DNA of 63,961 nucleotides, the filler included. It is 5 parts of 5 records of this genome, joined end to end, with 100 filler letters (N's around TTAATTAATTAA, not from the genome) between each part and the next. Parts side by side here need not be neighbours in the genome. Positions count along the whole stretch, not along the records: positions 48,287 to 58,791 come from SRR2962707_1025; positions 58,892 to 63,961 come from SRR2962707_1127; 3 more parts are not named here. The stretch is one strand, 5' to 3'. Each line of letters begins with the position of its first letter. The stretch's first letter is position 1. Below the pieces are notes generated by a model. That model was not told the origin of the DNA and did not search any database. It saw nothing but the letters and a program-made list of their open reading frames with translations. A program made the position numbers and the translations under genes. Positions 53,501 through 63,961 of the stretch are shown here, in pieces.

Positions 53501-56500
53501 CACATTCACAGCTTGTACTGGCTTGAACGCCCCCACAGCTTGTCGCAAAAACTGAAGGCTGTCTGTGAGCTCAGGTGGTACGAAAGTGCCGAGGACGCCT
53601 CCATTGACTTGGATGGTGGTCGGGGCCTTTGGGCCACCAGCGGCAACCATTGTTGCCGCTGTTGTGGCAGCGTCTAGTCCACGAGCGCTGCCAGGACGGC
53701 TGCCATTTCCACTTCCGATGCGTTCTCCTGTCCGGCTGCTTGGCCGACTCGATGATCGAGCGCCCATGACCTGGCGCAAAAGTGCAGCTTTTTGTGCAGT
53801 GGCCGACGTGGCAGCTTCCGGGATTCTTTGGTCAAATTTTCCACCGAGAAAGGAATTTGATAAGTTTTCTGGTCCATCTTGTGTAGATGCTGACCCATGT
53901 GTGCTGTTGCCATCAAGAATAGGCACTGCTGTGGCAGGCAGACTTTCCTGCTCCGCAACTTGAGTTTCAGCACGCTTTTCCGCAAGACGCCTCTGTTCGC
54001 GTTGATGCGTGTCAACCAGGTAAGCAACAAGATCCCGGACGCACAAATGAGCACCCGCAAGGATTGCATGCGTCAAAACTGAACGACCATCAGAATCCGG
54101 GGCAAAAAAACTGTCGTCCAGAGGTTCGTTGCGTGCTTCTGCTTGGTCATTGTGCTCTTTGTGCAGATCCAACAGAAGTCTGAGCAAAGGACGAAACTGG
54201 TTCGAGGCCACCGCATACATGGCCGGATTTCGCCCGTGTGCATCGGTTGAGTTACACAGTTTAAACAGCCGGTGCTCAGCGATCGCGGTTGCTATTGCCA
54301 TGCAGCGTGCTTGCACAGCAGGGCCTGCACCACTCCACAGGGCTTCGGCAGCGGCTGAAACTGCGTACATAAACGCTGTCTTCCGCTCGCGCGGCAAGTT
54401 GTCCCTGGCATTGACGAGAGAACCGACCTCGCTTGATGGGTCAAGAAGAGTGTCTGCAACAGACTGAAGACCAAGACGTGCTGCATGCATGAGGGCTGTG
54501 CGACCGTGATGGTCGCGCTCAGGAAGACGCGTGCGTGCAAGTAGTAACATATCGCGGAGCTGCGTAAAATTGCGCCGCAAAGCCCATTCAAGTGGAGTCA
54601 GCAGCGGTCCAGCAGTGCCATGTTGGTGGCGCACAACGTGCGCCTGCGATATTGGTGCCTCAATCATCAAGTCCAGCGGGACGTCTTCGCGCTGGAACAG
54701 CGCAAGCGCTGCGTCTTCTGAGTCGAGGCGCATAACCCAAAGAAAGGCTCGCCTTTGACACTCGCGAGCTGCCTCGTTACGCTCCTGTACAACTTCCCGT
54801 CGGCGAAGCTCACGTTCCACTGGCTCTTCCATCACCATTCGGTGCAATTTTGTCACCGTCGATTCACGTCGCAGCGCGCCAGGCCGAGGATGGGGTCGGC
54901 CAGAGGTCAAAGTTATGCTTGGTCCGCACTCATCGTCTGCAGGTGCAACATTGCCATTGTGAAGTTGGCCATCTTGGTACCTTTGAGCGCTTGCTAAATG
55001 TTCTTGGGCCTCTGCGTCGTTGCCAGCTGCCTTGCTCTCTTCAGCAGCTTTCATGTGATGCAAATACTTTTCCGCACTACGAGCGGCGGCAGCATGACTG
55101 GCCGAGTCAGCTAGAGCTAGTATTGCAGACGATTCTGCTGAAAGCGACTCTTCATGGAACAGCGTAACGTCAGAACGCTGGAAGAAAAGTACCGCAAGGC
55201 GAACTGCGACACGGCCAATGTGACTACGCCGACTGCGTTTCTTGGTTTTTTCGGCAGACTTGTGGCCAGTAGAGTCTGTTGCATCAGGCCTTGATTCAAC
55301 GGCCGCTTCGGCTGCGGCAGCTTCTGCTGCGTCGGCCACGGCAGCAGCACGCCGCTCTTGGGCTGTCAGGTCAGCGGCATCCAGTAAATGCGTGTCGAGA
55401 AACATCTGATCCTTCCACCCAAGTTTAGTAATGCATTGGAAAATATGCTGTTCATTTCGAGGCGCCCGTGGGTCATCAGGTCGAAACACGCTGTCCTGTG
55501 TCTGCTGCTGCGACTGCCGATGCCGCTTCTTCTTCGACTTTGGATTCCGTTTATGCTGCGTGTTCACCATGGGAAGACCACGACGGTGGTGAGCTTGCGC
55601 ATCGCCATCGCCTTCGTCATCAGTATCTTCCTCTGGTATCGGACAAACAAGTGCAGGGTCCAACACCAGAGCTGCAGGGGGGTGTTTGATGGATGCAGCA
55701 TCATCAACATCATCATCATTGGCCGCGTTGCCATTGTTGGCAGCTTCGCGCTCTTGCTCAAGAATATGCTCCTCAACCTCAGCCAGATGAATCGCGCTGA
55801 GGGTACTCATGTCAATCAAGCGCTGAAGTTTCAGCTGAGCCTCTTCCAAAGATCGTTGCACCTCCTGCTGCTCATGTAAAGCAAGTTTAGTGTCGAGGTT
55901 GTTTTTCTTTCGGTGCACGATGGAGCGTTTCACGTTTTTAAGCTGGTGTCGTAAGCCAACAATCTGGTTGTTGAGAACCCGTGCGTGACGTTCTGCGTAT
56001 TGCGCCTCAAGCTCACGTCGTTTTTTTTCCTTAGAACGACCATGTGACACATGTGCCGCGCGTGGTGCAACTGACAATCGCCTTTGTTTTTTGTCTCGGC
56101 TAATGGAGGCCTTGTCCTGTGCAGCGTCAGTGGATGAAGGATGTACCTCGCTGCCGTCCTTGCTGGGGTCATTTTTATCGCTTTCATGGGGTGCTTCCCC
56201 CTCATCACCAGAACTTTGTTGTTCTTGATGACTTTCCTCCCCCTCCTCCCCCTCCTCGTTGATGCCAAGTGTCATGACTTCAGCTCCGCCAATCATACTT
56301 AACGATGTTGCACGAGAGCGGGATTGGTTCGTGAAGCTAAGGCGTGGCCGAGGATTGATGGAATTGTCAGTACCAGTGCCAGCAGCCGCGATTGCAGCTG
56401 CGAGAGCAGCACCCTCGCTCTCGATGTCGCGTGCTTGAATAAATGGAGCCTGCAGATTGAATCTTGGGTTGCGCAGGAGTTCCTCAAGAAAGTAAGCAGC

Positions 56501-58692
56501 GCCTCTGAACTTTTGGAAATTGCGGCCATCGCGGGCGGCTCCTGAAGCAAGTGGGCCACCGTGATGGCTCGCGCTGACAATGGGGTTTTCTGAACTTTGC
56601 ATTCCTGTGCTGCCGTGTATACTATTGCGACGAAGATTTGCTTGGGAGTGATCAACACTAGCTCTCGGCACGGATCGCCGCGGAAGAGCACTGAGAACCC
56701 ACGCTAGCAGCGATGAGCCCAGTATTGTCCGCAATGTCCCGAATCGAGGATGTACAAGTGCAGCCGAGTAATTACCCAACAATGCAGAGACCTAGAACGA
56801 AGATGCCAGCATGGCAGAGGGGCAAATAATTTCGCAACGAAAATGTTTCTTCAGTCTCTACAATCTTCACGGACGACAGAATTCAGAGTTCAGGTCGTGC
56901 AATTGGTGGCGCAGATGCTGAAAGAGCGGTTTTGACACTCGTACACCTCGAAATCGTGCGCTGTGGGCACACAAACAAAAGCGTACCTCGTCTTGGTTGC
57001 CTCTCCGCATGACTGCCAAAAAATCAGAACGTAGCTTGTGGTCCACAATTTCACGGCGTGTCGAAAAAATCTGGCGCAGTCGGGAGTCAACATCTTCGCA
57101 CGTATTGCTGTGTGGGCTGGGAAAATAACCGATCATACATTCAACGACAGTCAGCAGAATAAAGAGACAACTAGGACCATAAGGTTGGTTCATGAACAGC
57201 GCAAAATTTGACTTAATCTGCATACGTACATAAACGAGGCATCAAGATAAGATGCTTGCCGTTCCCACACATCACGTCCGAGCACCCATCGGAGAGCAAG
57301 TCGAACGTGAGGGTGTAGACGCAGACGCATATTTTGACGACGCGCTTCTGCCTCTGCTTCTGCCTTGGCTGCAGCAACTTCGGCAGCTCTTGCGCGATGC
57401 TCTGCGGAAGTTGTTGGGCGTGACTGAGCAGCAGCGGCAACATTGACAGGTTTATCTGAACAAGGAGTTTGGGCTGTCGAATTTTTACCGATGCTGGAGC
57501 TGCGGGACAAACTTGGGAGCACAGACGAGCTGGTCTTGTGGGAGGGCGTGTGGACACGCGCGGATGATGAAGTGGACGGACGTGAAGCGTCGCGATCCTG
57601 TGAGTGTGTCCGTGACTCACGAGGGTCAGGAAAAAGTTGACTCTCTCGAGACGCAGCAGTGGTTGCAATTGCCAACGATGGCTCGGAAAGCTGCAAGAGA
57701 CGCAAATGGTTCAAAGTGCTGCTTTGGTGCACTGCTTGAGGCTCAACAAATGCTTTCACAAAAAGCCTTGCACTATCATCATTGTAGGTTGTTTCCTGAA
57801 TACGATGGAGAAATTCCCGCTGCGGGGTGGGTGGCTGCCACTCATCCGCATGTGCTGTGTGCTCTTTGATGCGATGGTGGCGCTCGACAATCTTCATTTT
57901 CACTGCTATTCGGGCACGTCGCTCTTGCAATGCCCGGGAAGCCTCAAACTCTTCCTGACGTTCCACTGCTTCTTTGCGTCGAAGGTCATTGGCCCGGCGT
58001 AGAGCCTCCAGTTGCCTGGCCTTCCTTTCTTTCCGCTCCAGTGCAACCGCAAGGGCCTCGCGGCGTTTGTTCTCCTCGAGGGCATCAGCACGGTCTTGGA
58101 CTTTACGCAGCGCTTCACGTTTAACCTCTTCCCGAATGCGTTGCTTCGCAAGGAAACTCTGAGAATTTTCTGGGCGTATGAATTGGCCACCACCCAGACG
58201 AATCCAGTCCTCCTGCGCCTTGGCATGGTCCCTGAGACGTTGTTCATACGCGGCAGTCTTTGCACGTAGGCGTTCACGTGCCACGGCCTCTTCCTCCTCC
58301 CGCTTCTCATCCACTGCTCGCTTGTGCTCCAATGCTTTTATTCGTGTTGCGTGCAAGCGAGCATCCTCCCGCCGTTTTTTCTCATCCACCGCTCGTCGCT
58401 CCGCTTCCGCCTCCTCGATGGCTGCGCGCCACTCCTGCTTCTTGCGCGCTTGCTGACGCGCATACTTTGCCTCGCGGCGTTCAGAAGCGGCCACAACAAC
58501 TTTTTTTTCTTTGGCAGTGAACTTTTTCCGGAAGTCAGCCTGGCGTTTCGCAGCTGAGAAGTCACGCAGAGGGTTGACGGCGTTGGACGGCGCTGCAGCT
58601 GCTGCGTCTCCATGCACATGTGGAGCAGGAGTGGCGCCCTTGTTCGCAGGGTTCTGTCTTTTTTTCTTCACCCGACGTTTGATGCGTGCCAT
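50577..58692 (-). CDS. Giant 7-exon protein (about 2,421 aa): coiled-coil, ankyrin repeats, RelA/SpoT-synthetase-like nucleotidyltransferase domain, EF-hand
   Basis: Frame-consistent exons 58692-57230, 57107-56987, 56791-52736, 52594-51828, 51685-51451, 51343-51170, 51026-50577. Ankyrin motifs TPLEWA, GRTALMHAA, KTAFMYA, GRNPAMYA, GRSVLTHA. NT motifs LDVIRG, GYRAI, ICEVH, HLYHEIIR. EF loop DVNRSGSLEQDE. Confidence 0.78.
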
Positions 58693-58755
58693 TGGTAACC
58701 AACCAACGAATCAAGCAACTGATCAACGAAGCAATTCTCACAGTAATAAGCTGCG

Positions 58756-58791
58756 GTCGTCGTCGTCGTTGTTGTTGGTGTTGTTGTTGTT
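58756..58791 (+). repeat. (GTC)n/(GTT)n microsatellite at contig end
   Basis: gtcgtcgtcgtcgttgttgttggtgttgttgttgtt. Confidence 0.85.
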
Positions 58792-58891
58792 NNNNNNNNN
58801 NNNNNNNNNNNNNNNNNNNNNNNNNNNNNNNNNNNTTAATTAATTAANNNNNNNNNNNNNNNNNNNNNNNNNNNNNNNNNNNNNNNNNNNN
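58792..58891. other. Artificial contig linker
   Basis: 44 N + TTAATTAATTAA + 44 N. Confidence 0.99.
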
Positions 58892-58950
58892 CCCTCTTCC
58901 TTTTCTTTTTTTTTTTTTTTTCATTTTTTTCGTTACACTTTTCAATCGCG

Positions 58951-61944
58951 ATGAGTGAGAAAGTGCGGTCGTTCTCGTCAGCGCGGGTGCCGCTCACGGG
59001 CAACCCGCGGAACTTCCAAGACCCAGATGCCAACAAGTCGACTGGTGAGTCTCTTCAAGACAGAGTCGCGCGGCTCGAGCGGGAGAAGGTTCAGCGGCTG
59101 CTGGACTTTGCAGCTCAGGCGCAGGCAGCGAAACGGCAGGAGGCAGCTTATGTGCCGCTGCGGTCGGCAGCTGAGGAAGAGGAGCGTCGAGCGAGGCAAG
59201 TTGAAATGCGCGAGATGCTTTGTGACGGACTCATCACACAGGAGGACTACGATCAATTCCGGCGTGCGGAGGCTGCGGAGGTTGAGAAGGAGCGGCTGGA
59301 GTTTGAGAAGCAGATGAGAGACGCGGTCGTGCCGGAGCCCAAGGACTGGTACTTGCGGTTCTTGTTACGCACCGGAAAAGGCGACGTTGAGTGGGACGAA
59401 AAGAAGGTGGGTGAGGTGAAAACACACACACACACACGTGAAAACACACACACACACACGCACGCTAGGCTTATCTATTCATTCTTCGACACCAGCGTAA
59501 ATGACCGTCGCTGGCGTAGCAATGCGGAAAGCATGGCAACACTCCATGTTCTGTGAATCCGTGCATGTGTGTATTCGTTGGAATGTGCCAATTTTAAGTG
59601 GTCTGTGTTCCTGTCTTATTTGCAGTTGAAAGGGAAAGAACGGCGAAGGCTGGCTCGCTATAAGGCAATGCTTAAACGCGCGCGGCTGCCGGAGGAACAC
59701 GCGTTGTTCTTGAACGACTTTATGCCTGAGTGAGTACAGATGAACTTCTTGCGGTGCTTGTGAATGCGAGAGTTGTTGGTGTAGCGGGACTATTGGAGCG
59801 TTTTATTGTTGCGGAAGGTTGTTATTGCTCGTTTCTGGACAAATTCTAACGATGACAGTTGCTTGCATTGTCTTTGGCTTGCCCTTGCGCGGCAGATCAT
59901 TCAAGGAGCAAGTACGAGTCGGCAAGAAAATAGAAGCTCGCATTGAGCAGCTGCGCAAAGATGAGCTGGAGCGCCAAGGCAAAGCCGAAATTGAAGGTAT
60001 AACCCCTTGCTTGTGTGTTCGTGTTTCTTTCCTCGTTTTTGATGAACGATCAGGTCGTGCATCAGGGTCATGTGCCATTTTATGGTGTTGATCTTGTATG
60101 CTCTCAAAATGAATCGAAGTGAACTGATCGTCGAACTCGTTCTGTTCATTGCAGGTCCACCCCCACCACCCCAAGCCGAAATTGTGAAAACGGAAGAAGA
60201 ACCGATGAACGCCAGCGTTGTACCAGGGTTTACACCACCCCTTTTCAAAGAAACTACGTCCAGGGGCAATGAAAAGTCCGTGTTCACGTCCTGCATCTCC
60301 ATTGGCTTCACGCTTGGTTTTTACCTCGACAAATCAGGTTTGTGCGCAGGCTCACTATGATGATTGAATCAGGTACTTCAAGACATGGACAGGGCAATGG
60401 AAGAAGGGTTGGATGCATGGGATTGGCCGGTACACGTTTCGAGACCACAGCACCTACGATGGAGAAATTCGTGCCTCGCGTCCGCATGGAAATGGCAAAG
60501 CAACATTTGATGACGGCTCCGTGTATGAAGGGGAGTTTCGGAATGGCAACTTCCATGGCCAAGGAAAGATGGTCTTTCGCAACGGGATGTGCGTATACGA
60601 AGGCGAGTGGGTAGATGGCCGGCGTCAAGGGTTTGGAATTCAAACTTTTACGAGCGGCCAGCGATATGAAGGTAAGATCGTGACTCTACACCAGCGAAAA
60701 ACCGAGGACGTGTTTGGCGTGTGAGAGCAGCTTTTTTCTGACATGAACTTCGTCGAAAGCCATGGGCACTGACTTCTATGCGTGCCTGGCTTTTTTTGAC
60801 ACGCTTGTCACGTATCAGGAGAATTCCGCGACGGTGACTATCATGGCATGGGAACGTTAGAATCTTCTACTGGAAATAAGTACGGATGTATTGGACCAGC
60901 GCCGTTGTCGATGTCAGACCTGCTGAATTGCGTGCAAATGCTGATGTACGTGTGTGTGTGTTGGCCGCGACATCAAGGTATCATGGGCGCTTCAGCCACG
61001 GGCTGATTGAAGGATACGGCTCATTGGACGTGAAGGGAGACCGTGAGCGGCTGCTGCAAAACGGGGTCGTAAATCCGCACGGCATTTATCAGTACGTTTT
61101 GACCCTCGCCACCTCGATTTGTGTGAGTTGACTCGAGATCCCGTGAGCATTTGTCATTAATCGTTCTTTTTTCTTGCTTATGAATGTGATGACTGTATGT
61201 TGTTCAGGTACTGGCCACGAATGACTTTACGCCAAGCGGTAATGGCGGTGAAGCGTCATCGCGAGGAGTATTATGCCGAGAGGCGCAATATGTGGCGTGG
61301 ACTGATGGCACCCTTGCAAGAAAAGGCGCTTCAGATTCGAACGCAGAAAGTCAAGGACATGCGTTCTGTCGAATTGTTAGAGCAGTTGCAAGCCCTTAAA
61401 GTCCGTGACGTGAAGGGTTGTTGCCGGTTGCTTTGCGGTAATTCATATTTTCCCTTCTCTGCGTTTGTTGCCCATCGATAATTTACTCGTATGCTTTCCG
61501 TGCTTTGTAGAACGAGCAGCGACGCCGAAATGCGGAGAGACGTGCTCTGGTGGAAAAGGCGGCTGCTCTGGCTCGAGGTCTGCAAGTTGACATGTTTTTT
61601 ATTGACTTGTTTCATCTGCGCGTGTTGTTTTATTTTGGAAAGGGAGCTTTGCAGTGCCGGACTGCTGAGGCGTCCATGGCTTTCACTATGCTTGGTCAGG
61701 TGAAGTCGAAGCAGAAGATTTGGACGATGAGGAGCTTGACGATATCGCGGCTCAATACGAAGATCGTAGCGACGATAGCGACGATAGCGACAACCCCGAC
61801 GACAAATCAGGGCAAAGCGAAGACGGGGAAGATGAGGACGGAGAAGAGTACGAATCAGGAGACAGCGACGAAACCGATTCTTCCGAACAAGACGGGCGAA
61901 GTTTGTCATCCACAGAGGGAGCAGCGCTTTTGCGCGGGTTTTGA
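58951..61944 (+). CDS. MORN-repeat protein with coiled-coil N-terminus and acidic tail, 10 exons, about 586 aa
   Basis: Exons 58951-59406, 59626-59729, 59896-59996, 60155-60275, 60373-60671, 60819-60879, 60978-61091, 61208-61400, 61511-61577, 61700-61944 splice in frame. Repeats include YEGEFRNGNFHGQG, YEGEWVDGRRQGFG, YEGEFRDGDYHGMG. Confidence 0.88.
59416..59459 (+). repeat. Exact 22-bp tandem duplication containing a CA microsatellite (intron 1)
   Basis: GTGAAAACACACACACACACAC occurs twice. Confidence 0.9.
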
Positions 61945-62114
61945 GGCACCAGTTGCGCTTGGTTTTGCAATTATTCATTAATTGTTGAGAAATGCTCAGC
62001 GATTTTTATGTCAATAGTCCGGCACATCCCGTATTGCACACTAGTATCGCGAGTCAATATCGCGAGTGGTAGGCCCACCAACAGGCCAGAAGCAACACGG
62101 ACGTGAATTGAGCC

Positions 62115-63869
62115 TCATCTCTTCATCAAATCAACAACAGCACCAGCTGCCTTCCGCGCGTTCGAGACACTGTCACTAATGCCCGCACCTGCGTTGAACC
62201 GACAAATGACAGAAAGAAATGATGTACGAGTGGACGCAGAAACACGGTGCGCATGGTCAGCGGTGGTACGCACCGTAAAAACTTGTTCCAACAGCTCGAA
62301 TACCTTCCCCGCCCCAGTCACGCAAAGCCCTTTCAGCTCGAGCAACGCGGCTCCTATGCCCTAGAGTGTACTGTGGAATGCATCCTTCAGCCACACCCAC
62401 GCGCAAATCACATGGCTGCTCGTTAATTCCAAGGTGTTGTGCTACAAGCCTTTTTGCAGTGTTGCCGAGTTTCTCAAGATCAACGCTCCCTGTTTCAGGT
62501 GACTTTGAAACAAGATGGCGCATGTGCGCGTGTTCCCCACCCATCATCACAGTGAGTCTGGTCGCAGGCACTCCGGAGCCTGTCGCTAAATCTTGCTGCG
62601 GAAATACGCATGAGTCCCACACCACGCCGAGCGCATCCTCGTGTTCTCGGGACGGTACAAGATGCCCGAACCCGCTCTGCCGCAGGACGGCGCCGTCATA
62701 AGCAATGTTGACGACTGCAACAGATGTTGCTTCAGCTACCTCCTCAAGAGAATGGGCAGCATACTCTGCAGCTTCACTTTGGCTGGTGCTGGGAGCCCCT
62801 CGAATCATGCTGCCCAAGGCCGGGGCGGAGATGGTGGAGAGCACTTGGTCACAACGCAGCACTGTCGGTATGGCGTTTGTACCGCTAGCATGGCCAAGCG
62901 GCGGCTCCGGCTGGGCACTATCGATGTATGAAAAAAATCGACCGCCAGACAGCCCAAGCTCGAACCCATGCGTTACCGGTACCGCGTCCGCAGCACCAAA
63001 GCAGGGCTCCAACAACTTGATCTCGCAATCAACAATTACGTCCGTATTCGGGTGGGAAGCTACGCGTCGTCCCAGTTCGTTGGTAATGGTGGCCATGCCG
63101 TCTCTAAAAGACACTTGCAGGCTCTTTTTCAAAAGTGAGCTCGTTTTGGTCAAGGGTTGCTGAAGGAGCTCTTCGATCGTTGGATCAATGCCGCTTCCAC
63201 TGCGTGCACTGCTTTTGTCCGTGGACTTGAATCGAGACCACGCTTCTCCTGCAGCCTCTTTCAACATCCCACCCACAATCGACCCGTGGTTTCTCTCAAG
63301 TTCCCACAACCGGGAGAAGCACGACACCACGGACAATTTTCGAGTGTCACCAGCAAATATACCACCCACCATTGCATCCATGAGACTCTCCGCCACGAAA
63401 GGACCAAAGCGGCGAGAGATGAAGTCGTGAATAGACTCGTCTTCAGCAGCATCGTCTCCAGCAGCATTGGAAGAATCCGTGCCTCGCGCACCGCGTGAGT
63501 GAAGCGTTGACGCTGACGCTGGCTGGAAAGGTTCTCGTGCCACCGCTGCTACTATTTTCCGCCCCATTGGCGTCGTGAAAAGAGGCAGCAGCCCACCAGG
63601 CAGCGACTGCAGCCGGCCGTCCAGCCACAGCCACCGAGTGCTGCTGGCTGGGTCGGTCCCAATAGCTTGCCCGTCGAGTCCCAGCTCGTCCACAACTCGC
63701 AGCACATCCTCCCCGGGCCCAGTGGGTCGAAACCCTCGAGGCCCTCGTTCGAATAGGAGGCCTCTGCGTGGGCTCCGCTCGGTCTGAATCCAGCCACCGA
63801 GCACGGGCGACTTCTCGATGAGTGTGATTCGAAGCGCGTCTCCAGCCAAGCGGCGCAGCGTCCACGCAG
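62115..63869 (-). CDS. PPOX: Protoporphyrinogen oxidase (HemY/PPOX); first exon(s) beyond window end
   Basis: LIEKSPVLGGWIQT, FERGPRGFR, DESIHDFISRRFG, GIFAGD, GFGHLVP, RLTVMMGG, IPQYTLGH motifs. Exon 63869-62274, intron 62273-62189, last exon 62188-62115 (YGAGISDSV). Confidence 0.93.
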
Positions 63870-63961
63870 CTGCCCACGCATTTTCAGTGTCAATGTCAAG
63901 CGAGTCAGTGTTGTGGGCTTCTAAGACTCGGCTACCAATTGCAATCAAGCGAGTTTTAGGC

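Noticed and set aside
62045-62067. TATCGCGAGT direct repeat between convergent genes
   Set aside because: Two 10-bp copies only; likely local slippage.
48391-62273. Active introner family or alternative genetic code in the eukaryote
   Set aside because: No sequence similarity or terminal inverted repeats are visible among the introns. The resolved genes splice to open frames in the standard code, ending in TGA or TAG.

Overview
This window is not one continuous locus. It joins five unrelated contigs with artificial 100-bp linkers (44 N + TTAATTAATTAA + 44 N). (1) 1-31034 is a moderate-GC Rhizobiales-type alphaproteobacterial chromosome segment: an amino-sugar (GlcNAc/MurNAc) utilization cluster, a GT87 glycosyltransferase, a BMP-type nucleoside ABC transporter, ubiH-like, hspQ, dsbA-like, ialB, mfd, sdhE, recG, glmU, ccdA and a truncated tRNA-Lys. 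(2) 31135-40088 is eukaryotic and carries one large multi-exon RNI-like LRR gene. (3) 40189-48186 is a high-GC alphaproteobacterium: carB 3' end, TetR+SDR, a secreted hypothetical, ltaE, a methyltransferase, cspA, a PQQ sugar dehydrogenase, greA and the trxB 5' end. (4) 48287-58791 is eukaryotic: an S28 serine peptidase and a roughly 2,400-aa 7-exon gene. (5) 58892-63961 is eukaryotic: a 10-exon MORN-repeat gene and protoporphyrinogen oxidase. The strongest candidate for new biology is the giant protein in contig 4. After manual splicing it joins a charged coiled-coil, ankyrin repeats, a RelA/SpoT-synthetase-like nucleotidyltransferase domain and a C-terminal EF-hand, which makes it a candidate Ca2+-linked nucleotide-messenger synthase. 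The eukaryote also shows an atypical splice-site signature (GTNYG donors, frequent AAG acceptors, one GC-AG intron). All family calls come from motif recognition by eye; no searches were run.
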